Source of the DNA: Podarcis melisellensis
Taxonomy: Eukaryota
Assembly: GCA_964234715.1 (NCBI GenBank)
Contig: OZ174285.1
Reading direction: 5' to 3' (one strand)
Length of the DNA stretch: 64,000 bases
Translations under genes and position numbers: made by a program
Shown here: positions 34,848-49,208 of the stretch, piece by piece
How positions within the stretch are numbered: the first letter of the stretch is position 1
How the letters are laid out: every line of letters begins with the position of its first letter
Notes under the pieces: generated by a model
The model's input: only the letters and a program-made list of their open reading frames with translations
Database searches by the model: none
What the model was told of the DNA's origin: nothing

Positions 34848-34880
34848 TACACACACAGACACACACACACACACACACAC
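34848..34880. repeat. (CA)n microsatellite
   Basis: Read directly. Confidence 0.9.
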
Positions 34881-35208
34881 AAAAAAAAAACTCACCTAGA
34901 GTATGGAGAAGGAATATTTAATCAACCAATGTTCAGTCTATGTTAGATGGTTCCTGACTATAAGTCTGCATTCAAGTGTTCTGCTTTCAAATTACTTTTC
35001 TTTGGTTTGTGAAGCTACTCCTTTTCACTTATGCCAAGGGAGCAAGAACTGTAGCAACCCACATAGGATCTTTTATGAGATTTCAATTGATATATGTTGT
35101 TTTATGCACTTTTCCCCTGTATTCCCACGTTGGGACCACTTGCACAAGGGTGGGTTAGAAATTCCATAAATATTTATTTATGTTAAGTGTCAAAAGGCAG
35201 ATCTTGTA

Positions 35209-35372
35209 AAACAACAACAACAACAATTTATTTAAACCTTGCCCATCTGGCTGGGTTTCCCCAGCCACTCTGGGCGGCTTCGAACAAATATTAAAAATAC
35301 AATAAAACGTCAAACATTAAAAACTTCCCCAAACAGGGCTGCCTTCAGATGTCTTCTAAAAGTCAGATAGTT
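35209..35372 (-). mobile_element. L2 LINE 3' end fragment
   Basis: Reverse complement of the 3' part of the 28617-29216 copy, with (CAA)n tail. Confidence 0.8.
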
Positions 35373-36359
35373 GTCAGATAGCTTTCATGTTCCACCTATG
35401 TACAGAACCTCTTGCCTGAAGTCATTTTAAATTTCAGGATGAGTCCCCTCCTTTTTCGGCATGTTGTCTTGCAGTTGGATATGCATAATTCTGCTGATTG
35501 AAGAAACCTGGACATTCCAACCAAAGCAAACAACTTGTGGTTGCCATTGTGCGTTTGGCAGGAATACCTGTATTGTGCCATTTCCCCATGCTCTCACCTG
35601 ATTCAATTTCCCCTGAAAATTCCACATATGCACTAACTTCTCATTTCATAAGTCAAATCTTCACTGCTGAAGGTCAAGGGCATGTCACAGAGAAAATGAA
35701 GCTCCTCGACTATTTTAGAAGGGATGTCACAACTGGCTCAGAATTTTTTGAAGTGTAAAATTATCACAGCTTCAGCTAGGAGAATGTGTACCCTTTAACA
35801 TCTCCTGTAGTGGTTACGTGCTATGAAGCTCTTCAGCCATCCTTTACAAGCGCCCCCACTTCTGCCTCCAGAGTCCTCAACAAACTTTCCCAATGTCTTG
35901 TATTATGTAAAGAAGTGAAATACCCCAAGCATTCTGATGTTTGTCTAACATAGAACTTCCATCTGCTTATATTGTACATTTTGCAAGGGTCAAATTAATG
36001 TCACATTGATGTAGTTTTGCCAGCACTCCATAGCTATTTGGAGAGATCTTTTCATTGTTTCTGCAATAACCTCTAGCGATCGCAGGGTTGACTTACAGGA
36101 GATATGTGATTTGCTGTTGGAGAAGCTGATTCATCAAAATTTAGGATATTCCAACCTACCCTCAATGGAGTCCCCTCTGTCTTAAATGCATGGAATGTCA
36201 TTTCATTACTGATAAAACCACTATAGTCCTTTACTTTGTCTTCAATGATAAGATAGTTCACAGTTTCAGAACTGATGTGCAGAATTCCAGTTGAGCACAG
36301 TAGAATTCTTTTTATGGTGCCGACCATATGAAATAGTCTGATTCTGATTTGGGATTGGC

Positions 36360-36745
36360 TCTAAACGGCCTCGGTCCTGTTTACCTGAAGGAGGGTCTCT
36401 ACCCCCATCATTCAGCCCGGACACTGAGGTCCAGTGCTGAGGGCCTTCTTGTGGTTCCCTCACTGCGAGAAGTGAGGTTGCAGGGAACCAGACAGAGGGC
36501 CTTCTCAGTGGTGGCGCCTACCCTGTGGAATGCCTTCCCATCAGATGTCAAGGAAATAAACAACTATCTTACTTTTAGAAGACACCTGAAGCCAGCCCTG
36601 TTTAGGGAAGTTTTTAATGTTCAATGCTGTACAATATTGTGTTTTTAAAATTCAGTTGGGAGCTGCCCAGAGTGGCTGGGGAAATCTAGTCAGATGGGTG
36701 AGGTATAACTTTATTGCTATTACTATTATTATTAATAAAAATAAT
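36360..36745 (+). mobile_element. L2 LINE 3' fragment
   Basis: ALNGLGPVYLKE...RAFSVVAPTLWNA translation and AT-rich tail. Confidence 0.85.
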
Positions 36746-36800
36746 AATTTTAAGATGCAGGAAGGGGATCTCTGTCAGGCAGTAGCAGTTTTAGCATGTA

Positions 36801-37039
36801 CATTGGTACCTCGGGTTACAGACGCTTCAGGTTATAGACGCTTCAGGTTACAGACTCTGCTAACCCAGAAACAGTACCTCGGGTTAAGAACTTTGCTTCA
36901 GGGTGAGAACAGAAATCGTGTGGCGGCGCGGCGGCAGCAGGAGGCCCCATTAGCTAAAGTGGTACCTCAGGTTAAGAACAGTTTCAGGTTAAGAACGGAC
37001 CTCCAGAACAAATTAAGTTCTTAACCCGAGGTACCACTG
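36801..37039. mobile_element. Tc1/mariner-superfamily MITE
   Basis: TA|CATTGGTACCTCGG...CCGAGGTACCACTG|TA. Confidence 0.88.
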
Positions 37040-37530
37040 TATGTTGAACTGCACTAGTCCTTTCTAGGAGAGTTTGGAGAAGGTAAGTCCCAACAAAGTA
37101 AGTCAGATTGGACAGTCTGGAATTCTGAACACTATTCTCAAGAAATACCTTTCCCCCCTCATTCATGTAGGGTGTAATTACTAGCCCCGGAAATGGTTTT
37201 GGGGCATCGCCACCAGAGCCAGCCCCATCATGAAGCTAAGTGAAACAAGAAGCTTCAGGCATGGGATTTGGCATTCCCCTCTTGTATATTTACTCCATTT
37301 CCCTCTGCTCCCATCAGTATATTAGGCTACAATGTATTATTTCCTTTTGTAAAATGAGTGCAGTTTTCTTCCCTTTTGCACACATGCAAAGAAGGGGGGT
37401 GGCGGGTGGGAATCAACACCACACCAAAACCCACCAGCAATGAGCATGCCTAGTTACGTGCTGCTCTGTAACTATAGGAGCAAATCAATAGCAGCTGAAT
37501 GCCATCTGCTTCGGGCAGCAGAACAGCACC

Positions 37531-37703
37531 NNNNNNNNNNNNNNNNNNNNNNNNNNNNNNNNNNNNNNNNNNNNNNNNNNNNNNNNNNNNNNNNNNNNNN
37601 NNNNNNNNNNNNNNNNNNNNNNNNNNNNNNNNNNNNNNNNNNNNNNNNNNNNNNNNNNNNNNNNNNNNNNNNNNNNNNNNNNNNNNNNNNNNNNNNNNNN
37701 NNN
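37531..37703. other. Assembly gap (N run)
   Basis: Run of n characters. Confidence 1.
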
Positions 37704-39335
37704 AATATTCAGGTCTCCACTCTTAGGAAGGCGAGTGGAGGGGAGCACTTGGCTTTATAAAAATCCACAAATTTAAGGAAGTGCCTCTTGCTGTTTCTAA
37801 AAACAAGCTCGCTTAGAAAACCAAAGCTTTTATTTATGCTAAACAGAGGGGTTAATAATGAGGACCCACTGTTCTAACCGCACAGTTCCCTAAATACAAT
37901 AAAGTTTCAGGTAGATACAGTTTTTCTACTAAAAATCAAGCTGTGATGGGATTTTCCTTTACTATGTGCTCTTCCAGTCAGACCACAAGCTGCCTTATTG
38001 CATTAGGCCTCCTGGCAATTGATTCAAGTAAAATTATTCTTGTCCAACAATGAAAACTACACTGCTTGATAGAGGTCTTGGAATAAAACTGCTTCTTCAA
38101 GTAAAGCTAGGGTTGCTAGAACTTGTTTTCAAAGCAACCCTTTTCCCTGTCATACTCCAACCCAGCTAGCATTATGTTCTTATGCTAAACTAAACTCAGT
38201 TAAGCATGAGCACTTGAAACCTAAATAAGCCTGTTTGGGGAGAAGTTCCCATTGAGTTCAATGGCATTCAATTACAGTAAAGTGAGTCTATCTCATGAAA
38301 CAAATTATATTCATGATTATATTACGAAACAAAAAATGTTCAACCATCTACTAGAAGATATATGATAAATTTATAACGGATGCTCCTAGATTTCCAATAT
38401 TTCTTTGGACTTGCAGCATATATTTCAATATATACAAATGCCTACTGGGAAATGTTACCAATTCAAGTAGGTAGTACAATAAATAAAAATCTCCTCGTGC
38501 TTTTACCAGTAATTATGTATCAATCTAAAATGGCTAATTAACATGAATAAACATAAATAGCTTGTCGGACTAAGGCTTTTGCAGTGCTAACACTGATCAG
38601 CATTTGTGTTCATCGCGTGTAAAGAGATTGTCCAAGTCTAGTCACAGAAAACTTCACAAAGGAGAATGTGTAACATGAGGCAGAACAATAAAAGGTCCAA
38701 GTGATGTTCAGAGACAAAACCTATTGCAGTTGATGGCAGTTGTGTAGGTTCTTTTTTGGGGGAGGGGATTGAATTCTATGATAGTAATACAAACCACACG
38801 TAGGAGGGTAAATTAACTTGTATAAAATCAAGGTGAACAGAGTTAACCATACTGTTTTTTCTTTATGGCTCAGCGCACACTGCCCTACTTTTTAAACTCC
38901 TCAAACAAGCCTTCAACAAGGCTTTTGAGCACTTGGTCTTGAAAATCCATTTCAATCCAAAATAATATATAATATTTATACCCATAAATGTGCTGCTTGT
39001 GCACTTCGTCTTCCAATGAAATCTGCTTACTAGAAAGCAGACTTCTTGAAATCTTTACTGTATTTATAGGAAATGTTGGTTAATAATCAGTTGCAATACT
39101 TCTACATGAATGTAGTCATTTGGGAACTACTCATGCCTTACAAATTGCAGCAGCCCGCTTTCATTTGATCGCATAAAACATGAACCTTAATCTAATGCTT
39201 TTTAACTACAGGCCACCTCGTTTTAAATAGACTCAAGTGCAAGCTTCAGTTTAACCATACGATTTTGATCAAATGAATAATATAGAACATGGTCATGGAG
39301 AAGTGCAGTAGTAGCTTTGAGTCAATGATCCAACT

Positions 39336-39554
39336 NNNNNNNNNNNNNNNNNNNNNNNNNNNNNNNNNNNNNNNNNNNNNNNNNNNNNNNNNNNNNNNNN
39401 NNNNNNNNNNNNNNNNNNNNNNNNNNNNNNNNNNNNNNNNNNNNNNNNNNNNNNNNNNNNNNNNNNNNNNNNNNNNNNNNNNNNNNNNNNNNNNNNNNNN
39501 NNNNNNNNNNNNNNNNNNNNNNNNNNNNNNNNNNNNNNNNNNNNNNNNNNNNNN
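39336..39554. other. Assembly gap (N run)
   Basis: Run of n characters. Confidence 1.
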
Positions 39555-41044
39555 NTATCCATATGACATCTCAGTCCACAGTGGGATAGGAATCCTACAG
39601 CAGCCTTGTAAAAAGAAAATCAGACTGAAATAAGGAAGGAGGGAGAAAAAGAAATAAGAGGACACTTTCAAAATTCCGCTTTTAAAGGAACAGGATTCTT
39701 TGCCTGCTTGAGGAAAAGAAACTCAGAAACAAGACTCAGTTTGAGGGTTTTAAATGCTAGCAAATTGATAACTTCACAGATTATAGAACCTGGGTGTCTC
39801 TTTTTTTTGTTGGCTTGCTTGTGAAAGCTCCAGGCATTTCCAGCAGAATAGCTGTGCATGAAGTATTTTTGTCTACAGTTCAGTGTTCCAGCTCAAACAC
39901 CGAACAGTGAGCAATAATAAGAAAGCTTGACTTCTGTTGTTACAGATTGGAGTAATTCAGTCCATGTGAAAGGAATGAACACTTCAAACACCAGACACAG
40001 AAAACTCCCCCACAGCCACCCCCACCCCGGTCATCAAACAGGAAACATCTAACAATGGAGAAGCCTTCGCCATAAAGAATTGCTGCTCTGCCTTCACTAG
40101 CAATTATAGGCATATGAAATATGAATTGCAATTGATTTTTCTCCTAGGGGTCACTTGGCTCCATGTTTTATGCGCTCTAGGCATTTATTTGGGTGGCAAA
40201 CATGACACGTTTTTATAGAAGGAACTGAGCAATGTAATCCTTGCTCAATCAAAGGTACTTCATTGTAGTGCCTGTTCCCTGACACTTGTCCCTCCCTAAT
40301 TCACGTGTGTGGGATTTCTTAATAAAGGCAGGGAAAATGAAATTGGCAATTTAAAAGGCCAACACAAGGCAGACATTCAACACTTACTAACCCTTTCTGC
40401 ACTGATGACAAATGGAAGAAGCCTGACAACTGCGTATTACAGAGACTTGCAGCTTTATTCTGACATCATTCCAGTCTTCATTATATAGATGCTGTGTGCG
40501 CTCAACAAAATAAATGAAAGGAAACTGTGTATTTATATGCTTCATAAAATTGATTGAGGAATTAACGATTAATTGAGTCAACCTCTCACATTAAAACTAG
40601 TTTCACATACTGAATATTTTCTGCCCACACATAAAAAGCAGTTTAAAATTTGAAAACTAGACAGATTATACAGTCGTTTGCTTTTGCTCCGTGGTTGGTA
40701 TATGCTAAGCATACATATGATCTGGACACTTTCTCTTCCTATTTCACTGGAGTTGAAATTAGAAGGCCAATACTGGTTTTGTTCAGTAATTATGATTTAT
40801 TGTTCTTCAATGTAGCATTCATCTGGTTGCTAGCATGAGCAGTATTCAGGGATAATGAGCTCAGTCCAACAGCACCTGAAGGGCACCACTTTCTCTATCC
40901 CTCTGCCAAACCACAGTTTTGAGTTTTCAAACATGAAACCACAAACAATGGTTTAGAACTGCTTGTCTGATTCCTTTTTCTATCATCTTAGCACTCAGCT
41001 TCATAAGTTCACTCTGGTGTAGCAGATTCTGGAGGCAGACATAT

Positions 41045-41229
41045 AGAGCAGCACACTGAATCGCTGTTTACCTTCCTGCCGGAGCGGTACCTATTTATCT
41101 ACTTGCACTTTGACATGCTTTCGAACTGCTAGGTTGACAGGAGCAGGGACCGAGCAACGGGAGCTCACCCCGTTGCGAGGATTTGAACCGCCGATCTTCT
41201 GATTTAACCCACAGCGCCACCCGCATCCC
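41045..41229 (-). mobile_element. Sauria SINE 5' half with internal deletion
   Basis: Head cccacagcgccacccgcatccc and core present; the segment between ttctgat and ttaaccc is missing. Confidence 0.8.
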
Positions 41230-43259
41230 TTAGGGTGGAGCTTACCTCCTCCCAAATTTTTTTTATACAAGTTGGTACCACTGTTTGTAGTACAAAGACA
41301 TCTGGAGTGCAATGAGTTCCCCACCTCTGACATATAATATACTAAAATCAGCGTGGCTCCCTATGCATATTGAAAAAGAAAGGGGGGGGGTGAGAAAACC
41401 TTTAGTGATGTCTTGTCCGGGACATTCTTTTCAACTTTCTGTCAGCTTATCTAAATAACTCCTGTGATGTGTATGGTAAGGAGGGCAACCTCCCCAAACC
41501 TGATGCCCTTCAGAGGTTTTGAACTACAATTCCCATCAAGCGCAGCCAGCCAATGGCCAATGGTCAGGGATGATAAGAACTGTAGTTCCAAACACCTGGA
41601 GGCACCAGGTAGGGGAAGGCTGTCCTATATTATCATATCAAGCAGATAAACGTTGAAACTACCTCTGCTGTAATACTGCCACTGAAGACCATTACTGAGG
41701 ATGGTCAACAAAGAGGTTTGCCCAAAGCTCATGCAAAGCACACACTGGAGAAGCAGAAAATTGAACCCAGGTCTCTCGAGTGTTTTGCTGACTAGGGTAA
41801 TGAGATGGCAAGGGCTAAAATGCTTCTAATCCAAGAAATAATTTACTTTATGTCAAATTTGTAGCCATTGACAGCATTGGCTTTGTCTGACTTTTCTACT
41901 AAGCCTTGAATTAATTGCTCTCAATTAATCTGTTCCAGTCTTTGATAGCTTATTTATCAGACAGGGAAAGATAGATTTAATGGTGCTTGCTTGAAACAGA
42001 TTCTTTAATTGGAAACACCAGAGTGTTTAGCTCACTTTGTGTTCTAGCAATTAAGGACAATTTGGAGAAGTGTTCCCCGCCCCCACTACTATTGTCTCCT
42101 TGATTAGATTTCCAAAGCAGCAGACAAAACAAATGACAATACTACCTGGCAATATTGGTTCAAATAAAAGCCCAACAGCCAAATTACTTACTATGAGAAA
42201 TGTGAGCCATCCCCATCAATTCCAGCATTGTCTTACATTTATTTCATTTTATCTTTGCCTCCTGTGCAACGCAAGGGCTACATTCCTTGCAAAATGCATG
42301 TCTACCCTGTTCTTTTCCACAATTATGTGTCCCTCCAAATAAGCCAAATCAACAGGAGAAATTATTTTTCTTGATTAAGGGCCCACATTTCTCTTGGGAT
42401 GAAACAAAAGGAACAATTAATCTTTCCTTATTTGTTCTCGGAAGGACCTGCATTCTTTATGTGTACAATAGCCAGGTACCTGTGGGCAGCCAGTCGGCAG
42501 CAATTAGGCTTGAGCTGAAAATGAATGGACTCTAGTCAGAGAGCCTAATCTGTTGAGAGTTTCTACTAGAGGGCAAGGTTATGCTGGGAAAATTCCCCTG
42601 TTGTGGAAATACTGTTAAAAATTACCTCTTGACTTCAGCATAATTAACAAGGCCTGGGAATTTATATGAACTAAGTAATTGGAAAGAATTAGCAAGAGAT
42701 ATATACATTAATCTTCAACCGTTACAAGGTGTTTAATGAAATTAAAGCACCGGGTCTACTTCATGCTTGTTTTAGTTTATGCAAACTTTAAGAGTTTCAC
42801 CTGTAGGATCAAGAACCAGGTGCAAGTCAAAAGAGGCATTGGGGATTGGGCATGTAAAAGAGAGAGAAAAAGGGTAGTGCTCTTTTTCCTGTTGCTGTAC
42901 TCCTGTCAAGAATAGGACCTGGGTGCATCAACACCCAGAACTTAGTTTTAACAAGTGTGAAAGGGTTTGCAGGTTAGTCACAGCTTGAGACTGCGGATTC
43001 ATACAGTGAATTAACAAATCTGTGGTATATCTAGATCATTCTTATAGAGCAAATGAGATTCACAGAGACTTTCAGCAGATACTGATCAGTCACGAATGAG
43101 AAAACCCATGTCACATAAGACCTATCAAGGGAATCATTTTATTTTAAATTAGAATGACACTGCTTCTGCTTTTGAAATCTTAGGGCTTATTTCCCATCAA
43201 GTAGCTGTTTTACACTACTAAAGTGTAAAGCTCATCATTCTAAAGCCCTAAGTGCTAAC

Positions 43260-44300
43260 CAAATAAAACTGATTATCTGGAACTGTTTCCAAACTGGTTT
43301 GGTACAGAAACCGTTTGGGTGTCCTGAGTAGACAACTTCTGATAGGAAAAACACCGAAGCCATTTAACTGATGCTTTTCCTGGATATCTGTGTTAGGATT
43401 CTTGCTCCGTGTTTGCAGTCATGGGATTGTTTTCTATCACATGACGGTGTATGTTTTCATTCCACAGTGTGGGAAGTGATGGAGACAGGATGTTTTGTGT
43501 TACTGTGTTCCGTGATGTTGGATTATTGTCCTTTGTTTCTTTCTCTTTGCTGTCTGATGAGAAAGAGGAAGGAGCTAAGTCAGAATGCTCTGAGTGTATT
43601 ATATGTAAATAAAGTAGATTAGCCAAAATGCTGAGCTATTGAGTCTGTTACACCAACCGCTAATACTCTGCTGTTTGTAAGTGTGCTAATGCCTCTTGGC
43701 ATCAGTTGCTGTGATGTTCGGGCTGGAGAAAGCTTTTGAAGCTTCCGAATGACTGACCAGGAGGGAAAGAACATGCCAGTCGGGCATGTGTCTCTACTGG
43801 GGTCCTACACATGAGTAGGACGATCCTAACAATCTGAGCAGCTTTTGATTTCATCGGTGAATTTGAGGATGGGGGCATCATTCTGCAGTGGTTTCATTTC
43901 CACTAGGCTGGTAGGTTGGAGATGGTGATGGGAAAGTTTCACACTGTGAAACTTGTTCTACAGTATTGCAGAGCTTCTGTTTTGTTTTCAGTGCTACTTA
44001 ACATCTACATGAAACTGCTGGCATGTCATGGATTTGAACGAGTGATGCTATCACAATGGTACCAGAACTGTTCCCTTTATGTAAGAACCAGATGTAGCAA
44101 TGGAAGTGACAAACTGATGTTTCAGTGAGAACCGCCACCACCACAAAACAATCTCACTCTTAAAGAGCAAGTTCATAACTTGGAGATGTTGTTCAGATCC
44201 AGTGCTTTGGCGTAGCACCAGTTTCAGCAAGGGCTATAGCCAGGGCTCCCTTCCTGGACAAAGATAACCTTGACACTTTGGTAATATCACACCTTCAAAT
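43260..44300 (+). mobile_element. Old degenerate L2 RT-region fragment interrupted by a solo LTR
   Basis: Remnants of GFGTET and LDI*AAFD (L2 LDLSAAFD motif, rejoined across the LTR) and LLNIYMKLL. Confidence 0.6.
43391..43831 (+). mobile_element. Solo LTR, 441 bp
   Basis: Perfect 9-bp terminal inverted repeat TGTTAGGAT...ATCCTAACA; perfect 5-bp TSD ATCTG; AATAAA at 43608-43613. Confidence 0.88.
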
Positions 44301-46571
44301 GCTGAACTCAGTTTGAGCATACTAGGATGTAAGTGCATGTTCAGGTAAATCCTAAGGGGTGGTAGGAAGTGAACCTAAAACAACCTAATGAGGGCTGAGC
44401 ACGCTCAGTAGTCACAGACCTTTGGGGAGCGGTCAAAAAAGCGAACTGGGGGATGGGGTTTAAAACAGAGTATCCTACGCAGGAGATGACTACTTGGCTA
44501 GAGAGGCTGATTGCAAGAAGTTAAGAAGCCAACTGGCAAAACCAATACTTTTCTCTCTCACTTCCCCACTGTTTGGAATTCTTTCTTCATTTCCTCACTT
44601 CTCACTACTATGAACTTCTTTACCCGGACTTTGCTAGGCTTGGTGATGAATGGGAAACTGAAGGGGAGACAGCTGGCAGGCAGAAAGGAGAAGCTGGCTG
44701 AGAGAGAAGACAAGGAGGCATGTGGAAGCTGAGCTGTTATCTCTGTGCATCTCTTCCTACATTGTCCTTTTTCAATCCTTCCTTTCCCTTCCTTCACCCA
44801 GTGGATGCCGCAGAAAGAGAGACATTGAGTAAAAAGCGATGCAAGAAGAGACACATATAAGAAGTACAGAGAAGCCATCTCATTGTCAGATAGGACATTT
44901 CCTGTTTCATACATAGAATCTATTTTTAAATGTCCCCAGGGACTGACGGGAGAGCTGTCCATAGAAATCAATTGGGAAATCCAAAATTTAAATGTAGCTG
45001 TAACCCAACTCTCAAAAAAAAAAAAAACCAACAACAAAGAGAATGTCTCCTGCTTTTTCTAAGTCTTATTTATTAACTTTTTTTCTAAATAGCCTTGCAG
45101 TACTGCAGATCCCAAGGGGCATTTAACTGTCTCCTTGGTGCAGGTATCTATTCTATTTTGTTCCCACAAGCTCAGGAAACATACATTCCCCAGAAAGCTA
45201 CTCCGGACATTTTGGAGAGGGGCGGGGTCCTCTGGAAGAGAATGGGAGGTAACATATGGGCTGCAGAAGGAGAATTGGTGGGAAATCCGCTTTTCCGATT
45301 CTTCTAGAAGGGAGCTTCTATTAGGTTTTGGTCCTTTCCACTAGAGAATGGGCCCTTCCATTTCCAGAAGGACAAGTCTGCACCTAGCTGAGAACTTGGA
45401 TATATCAGAAGGCTTTAGAAATATTGCATTAAAATGTTACAATAGTTTCTAAAAAGTATATAGCAATATGGGCTACAAATTGGACAATGAATGGAAATAT
45501 CTGCAACCTGATAAACTGTAAACTATGGATTTTTTTTTTAAAAAAACTGCAAGCAAAGGCTTGCACCAGACTCTAAAATGTCTGTGCTGTGAGACAAATA
45601 ATAATTATTGGTGTTTTCTATAATTAGTACAAGAGAGTCTCCCATCTCTAGAAGAGATACAGTTAAATATACCAAATGCACTGGGACGGGGGAATAAACA
45701 CTGGTAAAAACTTTTATTGATGCATTCTATATCAAATACCAGAGAAATGTGCGCTCTCTCTACAGAATCTAAAAACAGCTGGTAGCAACAATGATGGATT
45801 TAAGTTATTAACAGATCAAAAAAAGATGGATGGTGTTCTGCTTTTCTTAATCTACATCATCATCTAGATCTATTTAAAGATATGTGGTGCACTAACAAAC
45901 TTAGTTAAGGTTTCGATAAAATCAGTAGCATAATCTGCCCCGTTACATTGAGTCTGCATTGATCAATAAAATCACTTGTACTAGGAAAGTACTGTTAAAC
46001 ACTGACAATCCTAGCCATTAATATTATTTAACACACTGTTCACAATCTTTAATGAGGATAAAGAACATTTTGTCTCTTTACACTTATCATACTGCCCTTT
46101 CTAGAGATCCTTATAAACACAGCACAACAGTGATTATTCAAAACTAATCGGGGTTTCAAAGGACGAAGGATGCTGAATAATTTTTTTGTAGGTTTTCTGT
46201 TTGATTAATAGATGTTTTCAGTGGTTTGCTTTTAAAATAGATAAAAATGAAGTTAAATAAAATTTGCATTCATTCTTCCCAGGATGAATGTCCATTCATT
46301 TCTACCCCTCAAGAAACCTAGCTTCACAGTTCATGCACATATACCTACTAAGGTGATGAAACCACAAATTTAAATGCTTTTTACTACCACATATGGAGTG
46401 TAAAAACAAGGCAATTTTACCAGAAACAAAATCTGAAATGCAAACATAAAGAAGTAGCAAGTCTTAACAAAAAATGAATTAATAAATACAAAATTATGAT
46501 TCTGAACAGATATTCCTAGATCCTGGGTGCGGTGACATACCATGTTTAGCGAGTGCTACTGCTATTTGTTT

Positions 46572-46903
46572 AAAAAGGTAAAGGTAAAGGGCGCCTGACA
46601 GTTAAGTGCAGTTGCGAACAACTCTGGGGTTGCAGCGCTCATCTCACTTTACAGGCTGAGGGAGCTGGCGTTTGTCCGCTCCACAGACAGTTTTTCTGAG
46701 TCATGTGGCCAGCATGACTAAGCCACGTCTGGTGCAATGGAACACCGAAGCCAGAGCAGCGCATGGAAACACCAATTACCTTCCCTCTGGAGCGGTACCT
46801 ATTTTTCTACTCGCACTGGTATGCTTTTGAACTGTTAGGTTGGCAGGAGCTGGGACCGAGCAATGGGAGCTCACCCCGTTGTGGGGATTTGAACCGCTGA
46901 CCT
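46572..46903 (-). mobile_element. Sauria SINE, 5'-truncated
   Basis: AAAGGT tail repeats and core sequence. Confidence 0.85.
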
Positions 46904-49208
46904 GATTGTACATGTTAAAAAACACAAAAATCATGAGGAGTTGGTTGATGGCAACTGAAGGAAAGGGCTGCCCCAACAGTTGATTACAACTACTGTACTT
47001 CTCTTAAACTTGCTAGAACCTAAAACAGCTCCTTCTACTAAAGTGGATGAACAATATCTAGACAAATAAGAGGAAATACATGTCGGATCTCCTAAGCTTT
47101 GACAGTGACTGATGGGGTAACATTTCCCCCCATCTGTACAGGTGTGGAAGGACTGTATCACCTGTCCTTACTTTTTGATAAACAAGTGGCTGTAGTAATT
47201 AGGAGTTTTTTTAATCAATTATTTTTGTTGCATTTTTCTGTGTCATTTTTCTGAGAGTGGAGATCTACATATACACTGATACACTATTTTGCAACCTTTA
47301 CGCTTGTCTACTATAAACACATTCCGTGGGGTTGCCCTTGACACTGACTTGGATGCTTCAGCTAATGCAAAAAGCTGCTGCACATCTTTTCAAGAATACT
47401 GGAAAGCACGATGAGACACAGCCTTCGGCGTTTGGCTCTGGGATGCCTATTTGCTACCTGTTATGCTTGGATTGAATGGGAATGTGGATGGCAAGCTGAG
47501 GTAAGTTATTTTACTAGCAGCTTTTTCAATGCTTCCGATCCATTTAATTGGCAATCTCCATATCCAGGTTATCTTTATATGTAAAATAACAGATATCTGA
47601 CATTTCTTAATAATTATGGTAATCAAACTTCAAGTACATATAAGTACATTTACTCGTATTCTTCTCTTCCTATAACAAACTCCAACAATGCAATGTCTTT
47701 TGTTTTGTAGCTGTGTGATTTGTGCTCATACTGTATTGTGATGGCCATCAGCTACAAACAATAAAATTTATTGAACTTGAATTCCCACTGTTTATTTCAG
47801 ATTGTTAGAAGCTACTTGAGAACAGGGATTTGCCTATGTAACTCTACAATGAACGGTATTAACACCAATTATTTTTTCTTCTAATATTGTTAGACTTGAA
47901 AATGAAGATTGTTGGTCACCAGTGTAGGTGAAACATGATTAAAACATGTTTAATCTTAACTGTGACAAGTTTTCAAGTGCTTCTTTGAGAGACTGTGGAT
48001 CCATACAAGTAGCAAGCAGACCACTAATATATATAAGTATAAATAATACATAGAATAAATAAAATAAAACATAGAAGTAGGAGAAATTTATAATCTGCAT
48101 CTCTTTGTTTACTGCTCAAAACTTAAAAATATGTTTAGATTACAGAGCTTTAAACAGCTTCCACAGCATTAACTGCACCAATGAATTATTTTCCTGGGTG
48201 CAGCTATATTTTTGACATTTAATTCTTTCTTGCCTAGGTCAATCAAGCCATACAAACTTATTGTCGCAATACATACCAACATGCACACTTTATTTTTGTT
48301 TTTTTTTGTTTTAATTCTGTATGAGGAAGATGACTGGGAAGATATTGGAAGCAGTTATATTTTCTTCAAATCCAAAGACAATGTTAATTTTCACCAATAA
48401 CATTCCTTCTGCATAGACCACAGAAATCCTAAGTTTGTGCTCATTATGCCAATTAGTATCTAGAAGCTTAGCAGAGGCAAACTGTTTACTCCTACAGCAG
48501 ACACTTTTTATTCTAAGCTAGTACTGTTTTATCACAGCCTCTGATAGCTACACCTTATCTTAACCAAGACAGAAACCATTAGCAATGAGATTCTTCTGCT
48601 GAAAGAACTGAGATATGATCTATTATGCCAGTACTCAGAATATCAACAGACTATACAACAAGCATTCAGAGAAACAAAACAACAACATGTTCACTTCACT
48701 GTAGAACTACTGCATCTCCTAGAACCCAAATTCCTAGAAGGCTGGCAACATGATAGAAGAATTTCATACATTAAAAAAGTTCCAATATACAAGTCATTTA
48801 TATATGACACAACTGCTTTGTAATTTATATTGCATTGCTATCCTATAGCTGCTACAGAGCTAAATATTTCATGTTCAAGACACTGTATACTTAGAGCTGA
48901 ATATATAAATTTTTGTATCAGCATAGTATTGCTTTAGGTCAATGGGTTTTTTTTACTGCTCAGAATATCAAAACATGCTTTAGACTAGGGCTACAATACA
49001 GATGTGAAAGTGAACTACACTAATTGTTAAAGATTCATAATGAAATAACAAATAAGTTACTATATAGTCTTACTTCATTACCATAAAGGTTAGTCAAATA
49101 ATTGGTATTAGACTCATTTTCTTTCATTATATGGGTATACTGTTGGATACCAACAAAATGAGACCAGTTTCTAGTGCCATAAATGCATTTGCATACTTTA
49201 TTCTAAGA

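Noticed and set aside
37440-39671. ORFs containing long X runs
   Set aside because: Artefacts of reading through assembly gaps.
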